From positions 1,920,001 to 1,984,000 of the forward strand of contig CBDCJV010000002.1 of the NCBI GenBank assembly GCA_965217895.1: a stretch of DNA of 64,000 nucleotides, in the 5' to 3' direction. The notes beneath the pieces were generated by a model. It was not told the DNA's origin. It saw only the letters and a program-made list of their open reading frames with translations, and ran no database searches. The stretch's first letter is position 1. Each line of letters starts with the position of its first letter. Position numbers and translations under genes: made by a program. This document shows, one piece after another, positions 11,875 to 20,282 of the stretch. The stretch is from Waterburya sp. (GTDB lineage: Bacteria > Cyanobacteriota > Cyanobacteriia > Cyanobacteriales > Xenococcaceae).

Positions 11875-12998
11875 AAGATGCAGATTTAAACGGCGCAGTT
11901 GAGCTTAAGCTTGGTTGCTCTATTCAGTCTACAGATACTGATAGCCACATAATTGGCACTGTGGTAGCTGTTCAGGCGAACTTTTACCATGTCAAACTAG
12001 AAAATAATGACAAGGCTCAATTCTTGCTGTGTACCCGTCGAACTCGGCTCAAAAAAATTGGGCAAAAAGTGATGGTTGGCGATCGCATTATCGTGGAAGA
12101 ACCAGATTGGCAAGATGCTAGAGGGGCGATCGCTCAAGTTATTCCTCGCACTACAGAACTACAGCGTCCTCCAGTTGCCAATGCCCAGAGCATTTTACTA
12201 GTATTTGCGGTTGAAGAACCTACTTTAGATCCCTGGCAGTTGAGTCGCTTTTTAGTTAAAGCCGAATCTACTGCTTTAAATTTATGTTTATGTCTCAATA
12301 AATGCGATTTGATTACCCAATTGCAACAGCAAAAGTGGCAGAAACGTCTTGAGCAATGGGGTTATCAGGCAAACTATATCAGCGTTCAGCAGCAGTCTGG
12401 CATCAATGAGCTACTGGAACAGTTAAAGGGAATGATTACCGTGGTAGCAGGACCAAGTGGTGTCGGCAAATCGAGCTTAATTGATGCCTTAATTCCTTCT
12501 GTTAATCTCAGGATTGCTGAAGTCTCAGGCAAGCTACAGCGAGGTCGTCATACTACCCGCCATGTGGAGTTATTTGAGCTTCCTGGGGGTGGTTTGTTGG
12601 CAGATAGCCCAGGCTTCAACCAGCCAGATTTGGACTGTTTACCGAAGGATTTAGCTCAGTATTTTCCCGAAGCCAAAGCTAGACTGCAAACAAAAAGCTG
12701 TCAGTTTAGTGATTGTCTGCACCGAGATGAACCTAATTGCGCAGTTAGAGGAGATTGGGAACGTTATGAATATTATCTTGATTTTTTAAATAAGGCGATC
12801 GCTCGTCAAGATATTTTAGATCGACAGCCAGATCCAGAGTCTAGCCTAAAACTAAAGGTCAAAAGAGCAGGAAAAAGCCATTACGAACCAAAATTACAAA
12901 CTAAGAAATACCGTCGTACCTCTCGCAAAACGAAACATCAAAATCTACAAGATGTTTATGATCGACAGTTACAAGAACAAATAGAAGATGAGAATTAA
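11871..12998 (+). CDS. rsgA: Ribosome small subunit-dependent GTPase RsgA
   Basis: Circularly permuted GTPase motifs NKCD, GPSGVGKSS, GRHTT, DSPG; C-terminal CQFSDCLHRDEPNC Zn site. Confidence 0.95.
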   Translation: MKDADLNGAVELKLGCSIQSTDTDSHIIGTVVAVQANFYHVKLENNDKAQFLLCTRRTRLKKIGQKVMVGDRIIVEEPDWQDARGAIAQVIPRTTELQRPPVANAQSILLVFAVEEPTLDPWQLSRFLVKAESTALNLCLCLNKCDLITQLQQQKWQKRLEQWGYQANYISVQQQSGINELLEQLKGMITVVAGPSGVGKSSLIDALIPSVNLRIAEVSGKLQRGRHTTRHVELFELPGGGLLADSPGFNQPDLDCLPKDLAQYFPEAKARLQTKSCQFSDCLHRDEPNCAVRGDWERYEYYLDFLNKAIARQDILDRQPDPESSLKLKVKRAGKSHYEPKLQTKKYRRTSRKTKHQNLQDVYDRQLQEQIEDEN

Positions 12999-13023
12999 CT
13001 AAGTGATTATTAATTAAGTCAAT

Positions 13024-13212
13024 ATGCAAACTACTTCTGAATATACCTGCGCTTTTTGTGGCGAGTCTAATAGCACTTTCATCGATCTAAGCGCGGGAAT
13101 GCAGCAGTCTTATACCGAAGATTGCCAGGTGTGTTGCCGTCCTAATGTTTTATATATTTGTGTTGATGAAGATACTCTAGATGTTCAAATTAACAGCGAT
13201 TATGAAGAATAG
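13024..13212 (+). CDS. Small CPXCG-type cysteine-rich protein
   Basis: CAFCGE...YTEDCQVCCRP pattern. Confidence 0.85.
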   Translation: MQTTSEYTCAFCGESNSTFIDLSAGMQQSYTEDCQVCCRPNVLYICVDEDTLDVQINSDYEE

Positions 13213-13673
13213 GATTTAAGTAATTTCATTTAAATAACCTGAGTTCGGGATAAGAAAAAGGACAGGTAGTAAGCTGAAAATAACAACTTTCTTCAGTAAA
13301 CCTGCCCTATGTTTAGTTTAGATGCTTTATTTTGTGATGTAGACGATTTTTGTCTTGTTTTTGAACCTGAATGGCAAAAGAAGTTGCTAAGTCATGGCGG
13401 AATAAAAAGACGCAGAGCGAAAAACCTCTGTTTGAGTGAAATAATGACGATTTTAATTGCGTTTCATCAAAATCACTATCGCAATTTTAAACACTTTTAT
13501 CTTGACTATGTAAAACAGCATTGGCATTTGGCTTTTCCAGGACTTCCTAGCTATCAAAGATTTGTGGAATGGACTCCTTCAACTTTAATTCCGTTGTGTG
13601 TCTACCTCAAACGTTGTTTTGGAAACTGTACAGGGATTGGTTTTGTTGATGCTACTAGTCTCAAAGTTTGTCA

Positions 13674-13721
13674 ACACGGTGGTTGTATAAGCTGGGGAAA
13701 CCCCAGCATACCCCACCGTCA
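13674..13721. repeat. 48-bp palindromic micro-insertion 1 in transposase
   Basis: ACGGTGG..GTAT..GCTGGGG-AAA-CCCCAGC-ATAC..CCACCGT, with GTCA repeated at both ends. Removal restores KVCHNRR. Confidence 0.85.
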
Positions 13722-13795
13722 CAATCGCCGAATTAAACGCCACAAAGTTTTTGATGGTTTAGCTCAAAGAGGTAAAACTTCGGTTGATTGGTTTT

Positions 13796-13843
13796 GCGGT
13801 GCGACCCCGCTGGGGTTTCCCCAGCATGGGAACGCGCACCAAG
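13796..13843. repeat. 48-bp palindromic micro-insertion 2 in transposase
   Basis: GGTGCG..GCTGGGG-TTT-CCCCAGC..CGCACC. Removal restores WFYGFKLHL. Confidence 0.85.
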
Positions 13844-14175
13844 ATGGTTTTAAGCTCCACTTAGTAGTCAACGAGATCGGTCAACTGTTAAATGCTCAAC
13901 TTACTCCTGGAAACTTTGATGATCGTCGTCCTATTCCTGACTTGCTTCAAGGTCTTTTTGGTAAATTTTTTGCAGACAGAGGCTATGTCTCCCAAAAGCT
14001 TGCTAATCAATTGCTCGAAGAGTTTGGGATTCAGTTTTTTGCTAAACCCAGACGTAATATGAAGAATAAATTAATGCGACTTCATGACAAACTTCTATCC
14101 CGCCACCGATCAATTATTGAGACAATTAATGACCAACTCAAAAATATTTCTCAAATCGAACATTCTCGCCATCGA

Positions 14176-14196
14176 TTGCGAAGCTAGCCGAAGGCA
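14176..14196. repeat. 21-bp micro-insertion in a HIP1-like site (SDR5-like)
   Basis: TTGCGAAGCTAGCCGAAGGCA inserted in CGA^TCGC. Removal restores HSRHRSPV. Confidence 0.8.
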
Positions 14197-14711
14197 TCGC
14201 CAGTAAGTTTTTGCGTTAATGTTCTTTGTGGATTAATCGCTTATTGTCATCAACCTAAAAAGCCTAGTCTCCGCCTTGATTGGCTTTTGCCTCAATCTGC
14301 TTAACCCGAACTCAGGTTAACTAATTTTTATTAAGTTGGCAACTATATTTTAAAAATAAGAAAAAATACTTAGTTGCAAATGTAAAAATACTGAGATTAA
14401 CTTTAAACATCAGTTAATCTCTTGTTTAAATTTAGGTAGGCTTTCGGATGTCTATTAGCTGACAAACATCTAATAATTAGAACAGAAAGCTACAAAATAA
14501 AAAGTAAATCAAACATATGAAATATTATTTTTTGATTGACTTTAAACAAACCAAAAGCTAGGAGTTGCTAAAAAGCTTTTTTAGAACAATTTCGTAATTA
14601 GCTAAGGTTCAGTTTGTTTTGTAACTAAAAAAGAAAATGCGGTCAAATATATTCAGTCTGCAAACTAGTAGATTTCACCGCAAATGTTTAATGAATTGTT
14701 TTGTGATTCTT

Positions 14712-15590
14712 ATGGCTGAAAATGCTAACACAGGTGCTAGTGATCGAGCAAGAAGTAGCCAAGATCAATTAGATCTTGATAACACAGAATGGGTGCAAAT
14801 TGCCCCAGATAAAGTAGTAGTAGCTACTGCTGAGCGTGCTTGGTTGTATCAATCTCGTTCTGCTGACGATCGCTTTGCTCAACCAATGGAAGGTGCTGGT
14901 AGTTTTGCTACCACTCGGAAGTTGTTAGATACGGCGATCGCTGCTGCTAAATGTGCAGTCAAGTCTGAACTCAGACCACCTGCGTTGACCTCTATTCGCT
15001 GGATTTGGCGATTGGCTGGTGCTTACCACATGACTTTTTCTGTCCCAGATCTAATGAGAAATGTTGCTAAAAGCTTTGCTGTTAATAGCCGTTTTGCATT
15101 AGAAGAGTGGGCTTTAGAAAAAGCTGAAGAGGAAACAGGTCACGATCGCCTAGCTTTGCTCGATATTCAGTCCTTGGGATACGATGCTGAGGCTGTGGTT
15201 GAGACTCTTGTTCCTCCTGCTGCTGTTGCTTTGATGGATTATTTTACTCGTAGTGCCAAAGATAGTAATCCAATCGATTGTGTGGGCTACACCTATACAA
15301 TGGAACGTTTATCTTTGGGCATTGAGGAAGAATATATCCAAAAGGTTGAAGCTTTGCTTCCGACTCAGACCAATGCTACTCGCTGTCTGCGCGTACATAG
15401 TTCCGTTGGTGCTGATGCTGGACACGCAGTAGAAAATGTTTCACTAGTAGCAGGGCTTACTGCCTCTGAACGAACTCGTGTGGCAAGAGCTTGTTATGAA
15501 ACTGCACTTATGTCTTTTAGTCCACCACCTGGAGGCTATATTTCTGATCTTGAGCTTCAGCAAACTCTAGAGTCATTTAAGCTTAATTGA
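14712..15590 (+). CDS. Heme-oxygenase-like diiron oxidase (iron-containing redox enzyme / HDO superfamily)
   Basis: Diiron-type motifs AEEETGHDRLAL, GYTYTMERL and RVHSSVGADAGH. Probable start is MAENAN at 14712; the ORF is open from 14637. Confidence 0.75.
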   Translation: MAENANTGASDRARSSQDQLDLDNTEWVQIAPDKVVVATAERAWLYQSRSADDRFAQPMEGAGSFATTRKLLDTAIAAAKCAVKSELRPPALTSIRWIWRLAGAYHMTFSVPDLMRNVAKSFAVNSRFALEEWALEKAEEETGHDRLALLDIQSLGYDAEAVVETLVPPAAVALMDYFTRSAKDSNPIDCVGYTYTMERLSLGIEEEYIQKVEALLPTQTNATRCLRVHSSVGADAGHAVENVSLVAGLTASERTRVARACYETALMSFSPPPGGYISDLELQQTLESFKLN

Positions 15591-15691
15591 TTCTATTAAG
15601 TTGATTTAAGCCTAGTCACAAAATAATTCATCAACCAAGAACAAACAGTTTTTGGTACAAATTAACAATTAAAAATTCACGGAGAATAAAT

Positions 15692-15838
15692 ATGAATACT
15701 GCAACAGCTACTCAAATCAAACACGTTGAAAATACTCTAGAAATTTTGAACCAATTTGGCATCGAAATCGATTTGGACAATATTTTGGCTAAAGAGTTTG
15801 AAGCAGGATTATCTAGTGATATTAGCAACTGCATTTAA
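15692..15838 (+). CDS. 48-aa peptide, putative RiPP precursor: MNTATATQIKHVENTLEILNQFGIEIDLDNILAKEFEAGLSSDISNCI
   Basis: GGAGAA RBS at 15681-15686, ATG at 15692, TAA at 15836-15838. Lies 101 bp downstream of the HDO gene on the same strand and upstream of a terminator. Below the ORF track's size cut-off. Confidence 0.7.
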   Translation: MNTATATQIKHVENTLEILNQFGIEIDLDNILAKEFEAGLSSDISNCI

Positions 15839-15926
15839 AATTTAAGGCTTAACGTCAATTAGAAAAAAGCACTTTTTTCGCTTTTCATTTATTTATAGAT
15901 AACGCCTGTTGAAGGCTAAAAATACT

Positions 15927-15989
15927 ACCTCACTGAGCTTAATTTTTACTTGAAAATAAACTCAGTGAGGTGTTTCTTTTGTTTTTTTT
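15927..15989 (+). terminator. Intrinsic terminator closing the HDO-peptide unit
   Basis: ACCTCACTGAGCTTA (15927-15941) / TAAACTCAGTGAGGT (15957-15971) inverted repeat followed by GTTTCTTTTGTTTTTTTT. Confidence 0.85.
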
Positions 15990-15998
15990 AAATTTTCT

Positions 15999-17636
15999 TT
16001 AGTTTAATTGTTCTGATAAAGTAGATTTACTCGCGATCGCTGTTGCTTCATCCAGATGTTTAACTAGTGTTTTTTGGGGTAATGCGCCTTGGATATGCTG
16101 CCAGGGAAGAATCTGCTTACCTGAATCCCAATGGTCATGAACATAGTAATCTAAGGTGGGTATTTGCCCTCGCAGTTGTTTAAAGGCTCGTTTGTAGCTG
16201 CCTACAGAGTCACCATATTCTCTGGTTAATTGCAGCAGCTTTCCTAAACGGCGATCACCACGAGAAATTAAAGCCTGAATTACTGACCAATTATAGCTTT
16301 CAGGGCGAAAATCAATACCTTGTTGGCGCAGATTTTTCTCTAGATATTTAAGTCTTTTCTTGGCTTCGGGATTGACTCCAAACCATTGAAAGGGAGTGTG
16401 AGATTTTGGTACAAAGGTGCTGCATCCTAAAGTCAGGCGTAAACTAGGCACAGCTTTTTTAATTGCCGACATCATGGACACAGTTGCTTCTACATCAGCC
16501 ATATCTTCCCCTGGAATGCCAACCATTCCGTAAAGCTTAAGGGCTTTTAATCCTCCTGCTTTGGCATTGATAGCTGCTTGAATAATTTCGTCGTTAGTGA
16601 GTTTTTTATTGACGATCTGTCTAACTTTGGCTGAACCACTTTCTACAGCAATGGTAATTGAACGGGTATTACGGTTTGCTAAGGTAGCAGCCAGCTTTTC
16701 TGTGACGGTGTTAGTACGCACTGAAGCAATACTAAGACGCACATCTTCATATTGAGGCTGAGATAGATAATCCAAGATGGCTGCAAATTCTGGATGCTGG
16801 GTTACAGATGCGCCTAATAAACCCAAACGCTTAGTAACTTTCAAACCTTTTTCAATAGCAGGAATTAAAGAGTCATTTAAAGATGCAGTACGAAATGGCA
16901 AAGTCAAATAGCTAGCTAAACAGAAGCGACACATTTCAGGACAACTGCGGACAACCTCCACCATATAAATATTCTCCCAGGCTGCCTTTTCCGTAACCAC
17001 GGTAGAAGCCGAGAGAGTATTGCCACGATAGGTTTGTTTTTGAACTGCTGCGGGAATATCAGGATCGACAGGTGCGATCGCCTTGATTTCGCCATCAGGA
17101 GCATGATAAGTTACTTCGTATAGACTGGGAATATAAATACCTGGGACTTGGGCTAGATGCTTAAGCTTAGTCAAGCGGTCTGCGTTTCTTACCTGTTGAT
17201 AAGCATCAATAAAGCTATCGAGTAAATTCTCTCCATCTCCTAGCAAAATTACATCAAAGAAATCAGCAAAAGGTTCAGGGTTAGCGGTTAAAACCGTTCC
17301 TCCTCCGAATACTAGAGGATGATCGTTTTGTCTATCGATGCTCTCAAGAGGAATATCTAAAGACTCCAATAGATTAAAAATATTAATATAATCTAGTTCC
17401 CAGGATACCGAAAAACCCAGTAATTCGGGATTTCTGGGTAGAGTTTCGCTTAGGTCAGTAAATAGGCGACTAACATCAACATCAGAACGCATTGCCAAAG
17501 TCGCCCAAACGATTTGAAAACCCAAACTAGTAATACCAATGGTGTATTCATTAGGAAAAGCAAAAATAGCGGGAATGGCGTTGGTCTTTGGAGTTGCAGG
17601 AGTAAATAACAGACGTTCTTGTTGAAATACAGTCAC
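15999..17636 (-). CDS. Radical SAM protein (B12-binding-like N-terminal domain)
   Basis: EVVRSCPEMCRFC (CxxxCxxC); N-terminal FPNEYTIGITSLG and GFSVSWELDY. Confidence 0.9.
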   Translation of the reverse strand: MTVFQQERLLFTPATPKTNAIPAIFAFPNEYTIGITSLGFQIVWATLAMRSDVDVSRLFTDLSETLPRNPELLGFSVSWELDYINIFNLLESLDIPLESIDRQNDHPLVFGGGTVLTANPEPFADFFDVILLGDGENLLDSFIDAYQQVRNADRLTKLKHLAQVPGIYIPSLYEVTYHAPDGEIKAIAPVDPDIPAAVQKQTYRGNTLSASTVVTEKAAWENIYMVEVVRSCPEMCRFCLASYLTLPFRTASLNDSLIPAIEKGLKVTKRLGLLGASVTQHPEFAAILDYLSQPQYEDVRLSIASVRTNTVTEKLAATLANRNTRSITIAVESGSAKVRQIVNKKLTNDEIIQAAINAKAGGLKALKLYGMVGIPGEDMADVEATVSMMSAIKKAVPSLRLTLGCSTFVPKSHTPFQWFGVNPEAKKRLKYLEKNLRQQGIDFRPESYNWSVIQALISRGDRRLGKLLQLTREYGDSVGSYKRAFKQLRGQIPTLDYYVHDHWDSGKQILPWQHIQGALPQKTLVKHLDEATAIASKSTLSEQLN

Positions 17637-17823
17637 AGATTATTAATTGGTTGGCTTTGATTGTAGCTTGGATATGCAGCTATTTTAATTATCTATCCCT
17701 TTGGAGTTAGGTTGCAGAAATTCTCAATATTTTTAAAAATTACAATCATCTCCTATAGCCATTTAAGCTGATGTGTATTTGAACTGCGCTTTATTTAAAT
17801 CTGACAATGGTATTTGCAACAAT

Positions 17824-19278
17824 ATGAATCCAAAGAAAGCTAAAAGTCAACATTATAATTCCAGCCAAAAATGGTTGGCAATGCTAGGTATGTGTTTGGG
17901 AACTTTAATGTTTGTCCTCGATACTAGCGCAGTTAATATTGCTGTGCCGACTTTAATCGAGGCTTTTGATACTAGTTTTGCGATCGCCCAATTAGCCGTT
18001 GTCAGTTACCTGTTAGCTATTACATCCTTACTTTTAGGTGCAGCACGTTTGGGAGATATTTGGGGCAGAAAAAAACTGTACCTATTAGGATTGGCTATTT
18101 TTACTATCGGTTCGCTGCTATGCGGTCTTGCACCTTCTATTTACTTCTTAATTGGCTTCCGAATATTGCAGGGGTTAGGGGCGGTATTCATTTCAGCCTT
18201 GGGTCCAGCTATTGTTACCGAAATTTTTCCCAGTTCAGAAAGAGGTAAAGCATTAGGCATTTTTAGTACTGTTGTTTCTGTTGGTATAGCATCAGGACCA
18301 ACAATTGGTGGTTTTTTGATCGATATATCAAGCTGGCGCGCTATCTTCTTTATTAATTTGCCAGTCGGTCTTTTAGCAGGATACGTTATCGCCCGTTTTG
18401 TGACTAAATCGACAACTACTAATAAAGGTCAGAAAAGTTTCGACGTGACTGGGGCAGTCGTTTTTATGCTGACTTTAGTTGCTTTTACCGTAGGGATGAA
18501 TCAAGGGCAAGATCGAGGTTGGAATAGTCAGATTGTGTTTATTTGTGGCGCGATCGCCCTTTTAGGCGCGATCGGTTTTATCGTTATTGAAACCCGTATC
18601 GCTCAACCAATATTTGACTTAGGGTTACTTCGCAATTCTCAACTAGCGTTGGGACTATCGACTAAGCTGCTTGTATTTATCGTGCTTTCGGGCGCAGTAT
18701 TTATTTTGCCTTTCTTCATTGAGAGATCTATGGGCTATTCTACCCAAAAAACAGGCTTGCTGATGGCAGCATCCCCCTTTTTAGGAGGCGTTTTTTCTCC
18801 CATATCTGGAATTTTAGCGGATCGCTTTGGTTCAAGGATCATTAGTCTGTGTGGATTATGTCTGATAGTAATTGGTTGTTATTGTCTGAGTACCTTCGAT
18901 GCCCAATTAACAGATTGGGGATACGTTGCCCGCATTGCCCCCTTCGGCATTGGGATAGGAATATTTCAATCTCCTAATAACAGCACCATTCTGGGAGAAG
19001 CACCCCAAGACAAAATAGGAGTCGTTTCAGGACTGCTAGCACTGTCTCGTACTGTCGGGCAAACGATAGGAATTCCGATTATGGCTAGTTTTTTAGTTGC
19101 CTTTACGGGTGGTATAGCTTCTGGTCAGACTACAGCAATAATGTCGGCATCTAGATCGGCTTTGCTAGGTGGCATCAAGGCAACTTTTTTAATAGCTACC
19201 GTAATCATGAGCTTGAGCGTAGTTTTAGCGGTAGTCGAGCTTCGACAGTATTCTTTTAAAAAGGCAAGTAGAAAGTAG
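17824..19278 (+). CDS. MFS efflux transporter, DHA2 (EmrB/QacA) family
   Basis: LDTSAVNIAVP, ARLGDIWGRKK, RILQGLG, WRAIFFINLPVG; about 14 hydrophobic segments. Confidence 0.92.
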   Translation: MNPKKAKSQHYNSSQKWLAMLGMCLGTLMFVLDTSAVNIAVPTLIEAFDTSFAIAQLAVVSYLLAITSLLLGAARLGDIWGRKKLYLLGLAIFTIGSLLCGLAPSIYFLIGFRILQGLGAVFISALGPAIVTEIFPSSERGKALGIFSTVVSVGIASGPTIGGFLIDISSWRAIFFINLPVGLLAGYVIARFVTKSTTTNKGQKSFDVTGAVVFMLTLVAFTVGMNQGQDRGWNSQIVFICGAIALLGAIGFIVIETRIAQPIFDLGLLRNSQLALGLSTKLLVFIVLSGAVFILPFFIERSMGYSTQKTGLLMAASPFLGGVFSPISGILADRFGSRIISLCGLCLIVIGCYCLSTFDAQLTDWGYVARIAPFGIGIGIFQSPNNSTILGEAPQDKIGVVSGLLALSRTVGQTIGIPIMASFLVAFTGGIASGQTTAIMSASRSALLGGIKATFLIATVIMSLSVVLAVVELRQYSFKKASRK

Positions 19279-19417
19279 GCGAGCGACCCCATTAGATTAT
19301 TTAAGAAACTGACACGGCGATCGCTTTACCTAAATTTTAGCCGCGAGCGCATTTTTGTTGTTCCTGGAGGATAATTTCAGTGCTTGTTCGCGGGTTATTG
19401 GCTGTGGTTTACCGACC

Positions 19418-20212
19418 TCAACTTAGCGAACCGCCACCAGAACCTTGAAACATTAGCCAAGAGAGAAAGAAATTGGTTATAAAAATTAAAATCAAGGCTA
19501 TAACCACTGCCGACGTTGTAGATTCTCCTACCCCTTTTGCTCCCCCTGTAGTAGTAAGACCCCAGTTACAGCCTACCACGGCAATAATTGCCCCGAAAAT
19601 TACTGATTTAATTAGCGCAGCAGTCAAGTCCCAAATATGCAGGAAGTTTTGTACTGAGTCGAGGAAAATTGTGTGAGGGATATCATACAAATTTTGGGCG
19701 ATAATCAGTCCACTAATTATGCCAACTATAAAAGAAATTATCGTCAACATTGGCAACATCAAACAGCAGGCAACGACACGAGGTACAACTAAATAATCAA
19801 TCGGATCGGTTTTTAAAATATACAGAGCATCAATTTGTTCTGTGACTTTCATAGTTCCAAGCTCGGCTGCAAAAGCCGAACCGATTCTTCCTGCTACAAC
19901 TACTGCTGTTAGTACGGGGGTTAATTCTCTACTAAGTGCTATGGCTAAAACCCCGCCAATTATTTGAGTTGTGCCAAAATTTTGAAATTCTCTTGTTACC
20001 TGAATGGTAAACACCATGCCAATCGCCACAGAGGTAATTAGGGCAATAGGCAACGAGGCTGGCCCTACAGATACCATCTGCTCTAATGTGTTGCGAAAGT
20101 TGATCTTCTGGTGGATAAGATGAATCACTACTTGTCCCATCAAAAAGACTGCGCTAATTGGACGCTCTAGCCAAGATGTGATTCTGCTGCCCAAGTTTAA
20201 TATTAGACTCAT
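19418..20212 (-). CDS. mlaE: MlaE-family lipid ABC transporter permease
   Basis: RELTPVLTAVVVAGRIGSAFAAELGTMKVTEQIDAL, GGAKGVGESTT. Confidence 0.93.
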   Translation of the reverse strand: MSLILNLGSRITSWLERPISAVFLMGQVVIHLIHQKINFRNTLEQMVSVGPASLPIALITSVAIGMVFTIQVTREFQNFGTTQIIGGVLAIALSRELTPVLTAVVVAGRIGSAFAAELGTMKVTEQIDALYILKTDPIDYLVVPRVVACCLMLPMLTIISFIVGIISGLIIAQNLYDIPHTIFLDSVQNFLHIWDLTAALIKSVIFGAIIAVVGCNWGLTTTGGAKGVGESTTSAVVIALILIFITNFFLSWLMFQGSGGGSLS

Positions 20213-20282
20213 CGTTTAAGGTAATTTATTAATCAAAAAATTTTCCCAGTCTTCCAGCCATGAAGATATAACGCCTAATTTT

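Larger units (their letters stand above)
13309..14304 (+). pseudogene. IS982-family transposase interrupted by micro-insertions and a premature TAG
   Basis: IS982 motifs FVDATSLKVC, GFKLHLVVN, FADRGY, RSIIETINDQLK. TAG at 14185-14187 lies inside a 21-bp insert, and the same frame continues [25 protein letters not shown] to TAA at 14304. Confidence 0.88.
13237..14317 (+). mobile_element. IS982-family insertion sequence
   Basis: Terminal IRs ACCTGAGTTCGGGATAAG (13237-13254) and CTTAACCCGAACTCAGGT (14300-14317) match at 17/18. Flanks TAAATA and TAACTA resemble a 6-bp target duplication with one mismatch. Encloses a DDE transposase. Confidence 0.92.

Noticed and set aside
14185..14187. Programmed stop-codon readthrough in the transposase
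   Set aside because: The TAG lies within a 21-bp foreign insert, so inactivation is the simpler explanation.
15999..17636. Radical SAM gene as a maturase of the 48-aa peptide
   Set aside because: It is convergent, separated by a strong terminator, has no SPASM-type Cys cluster or evident RRE, and looks like a widespread cyanobacterial core family. Proximity is probably incidental.
19330..19417. Imperfect hairpin / short minus-strand reading frame between the MFS and mlaE
   Set aside because: No start codon or recognisable family; most simply a terminator region or gene remnant.
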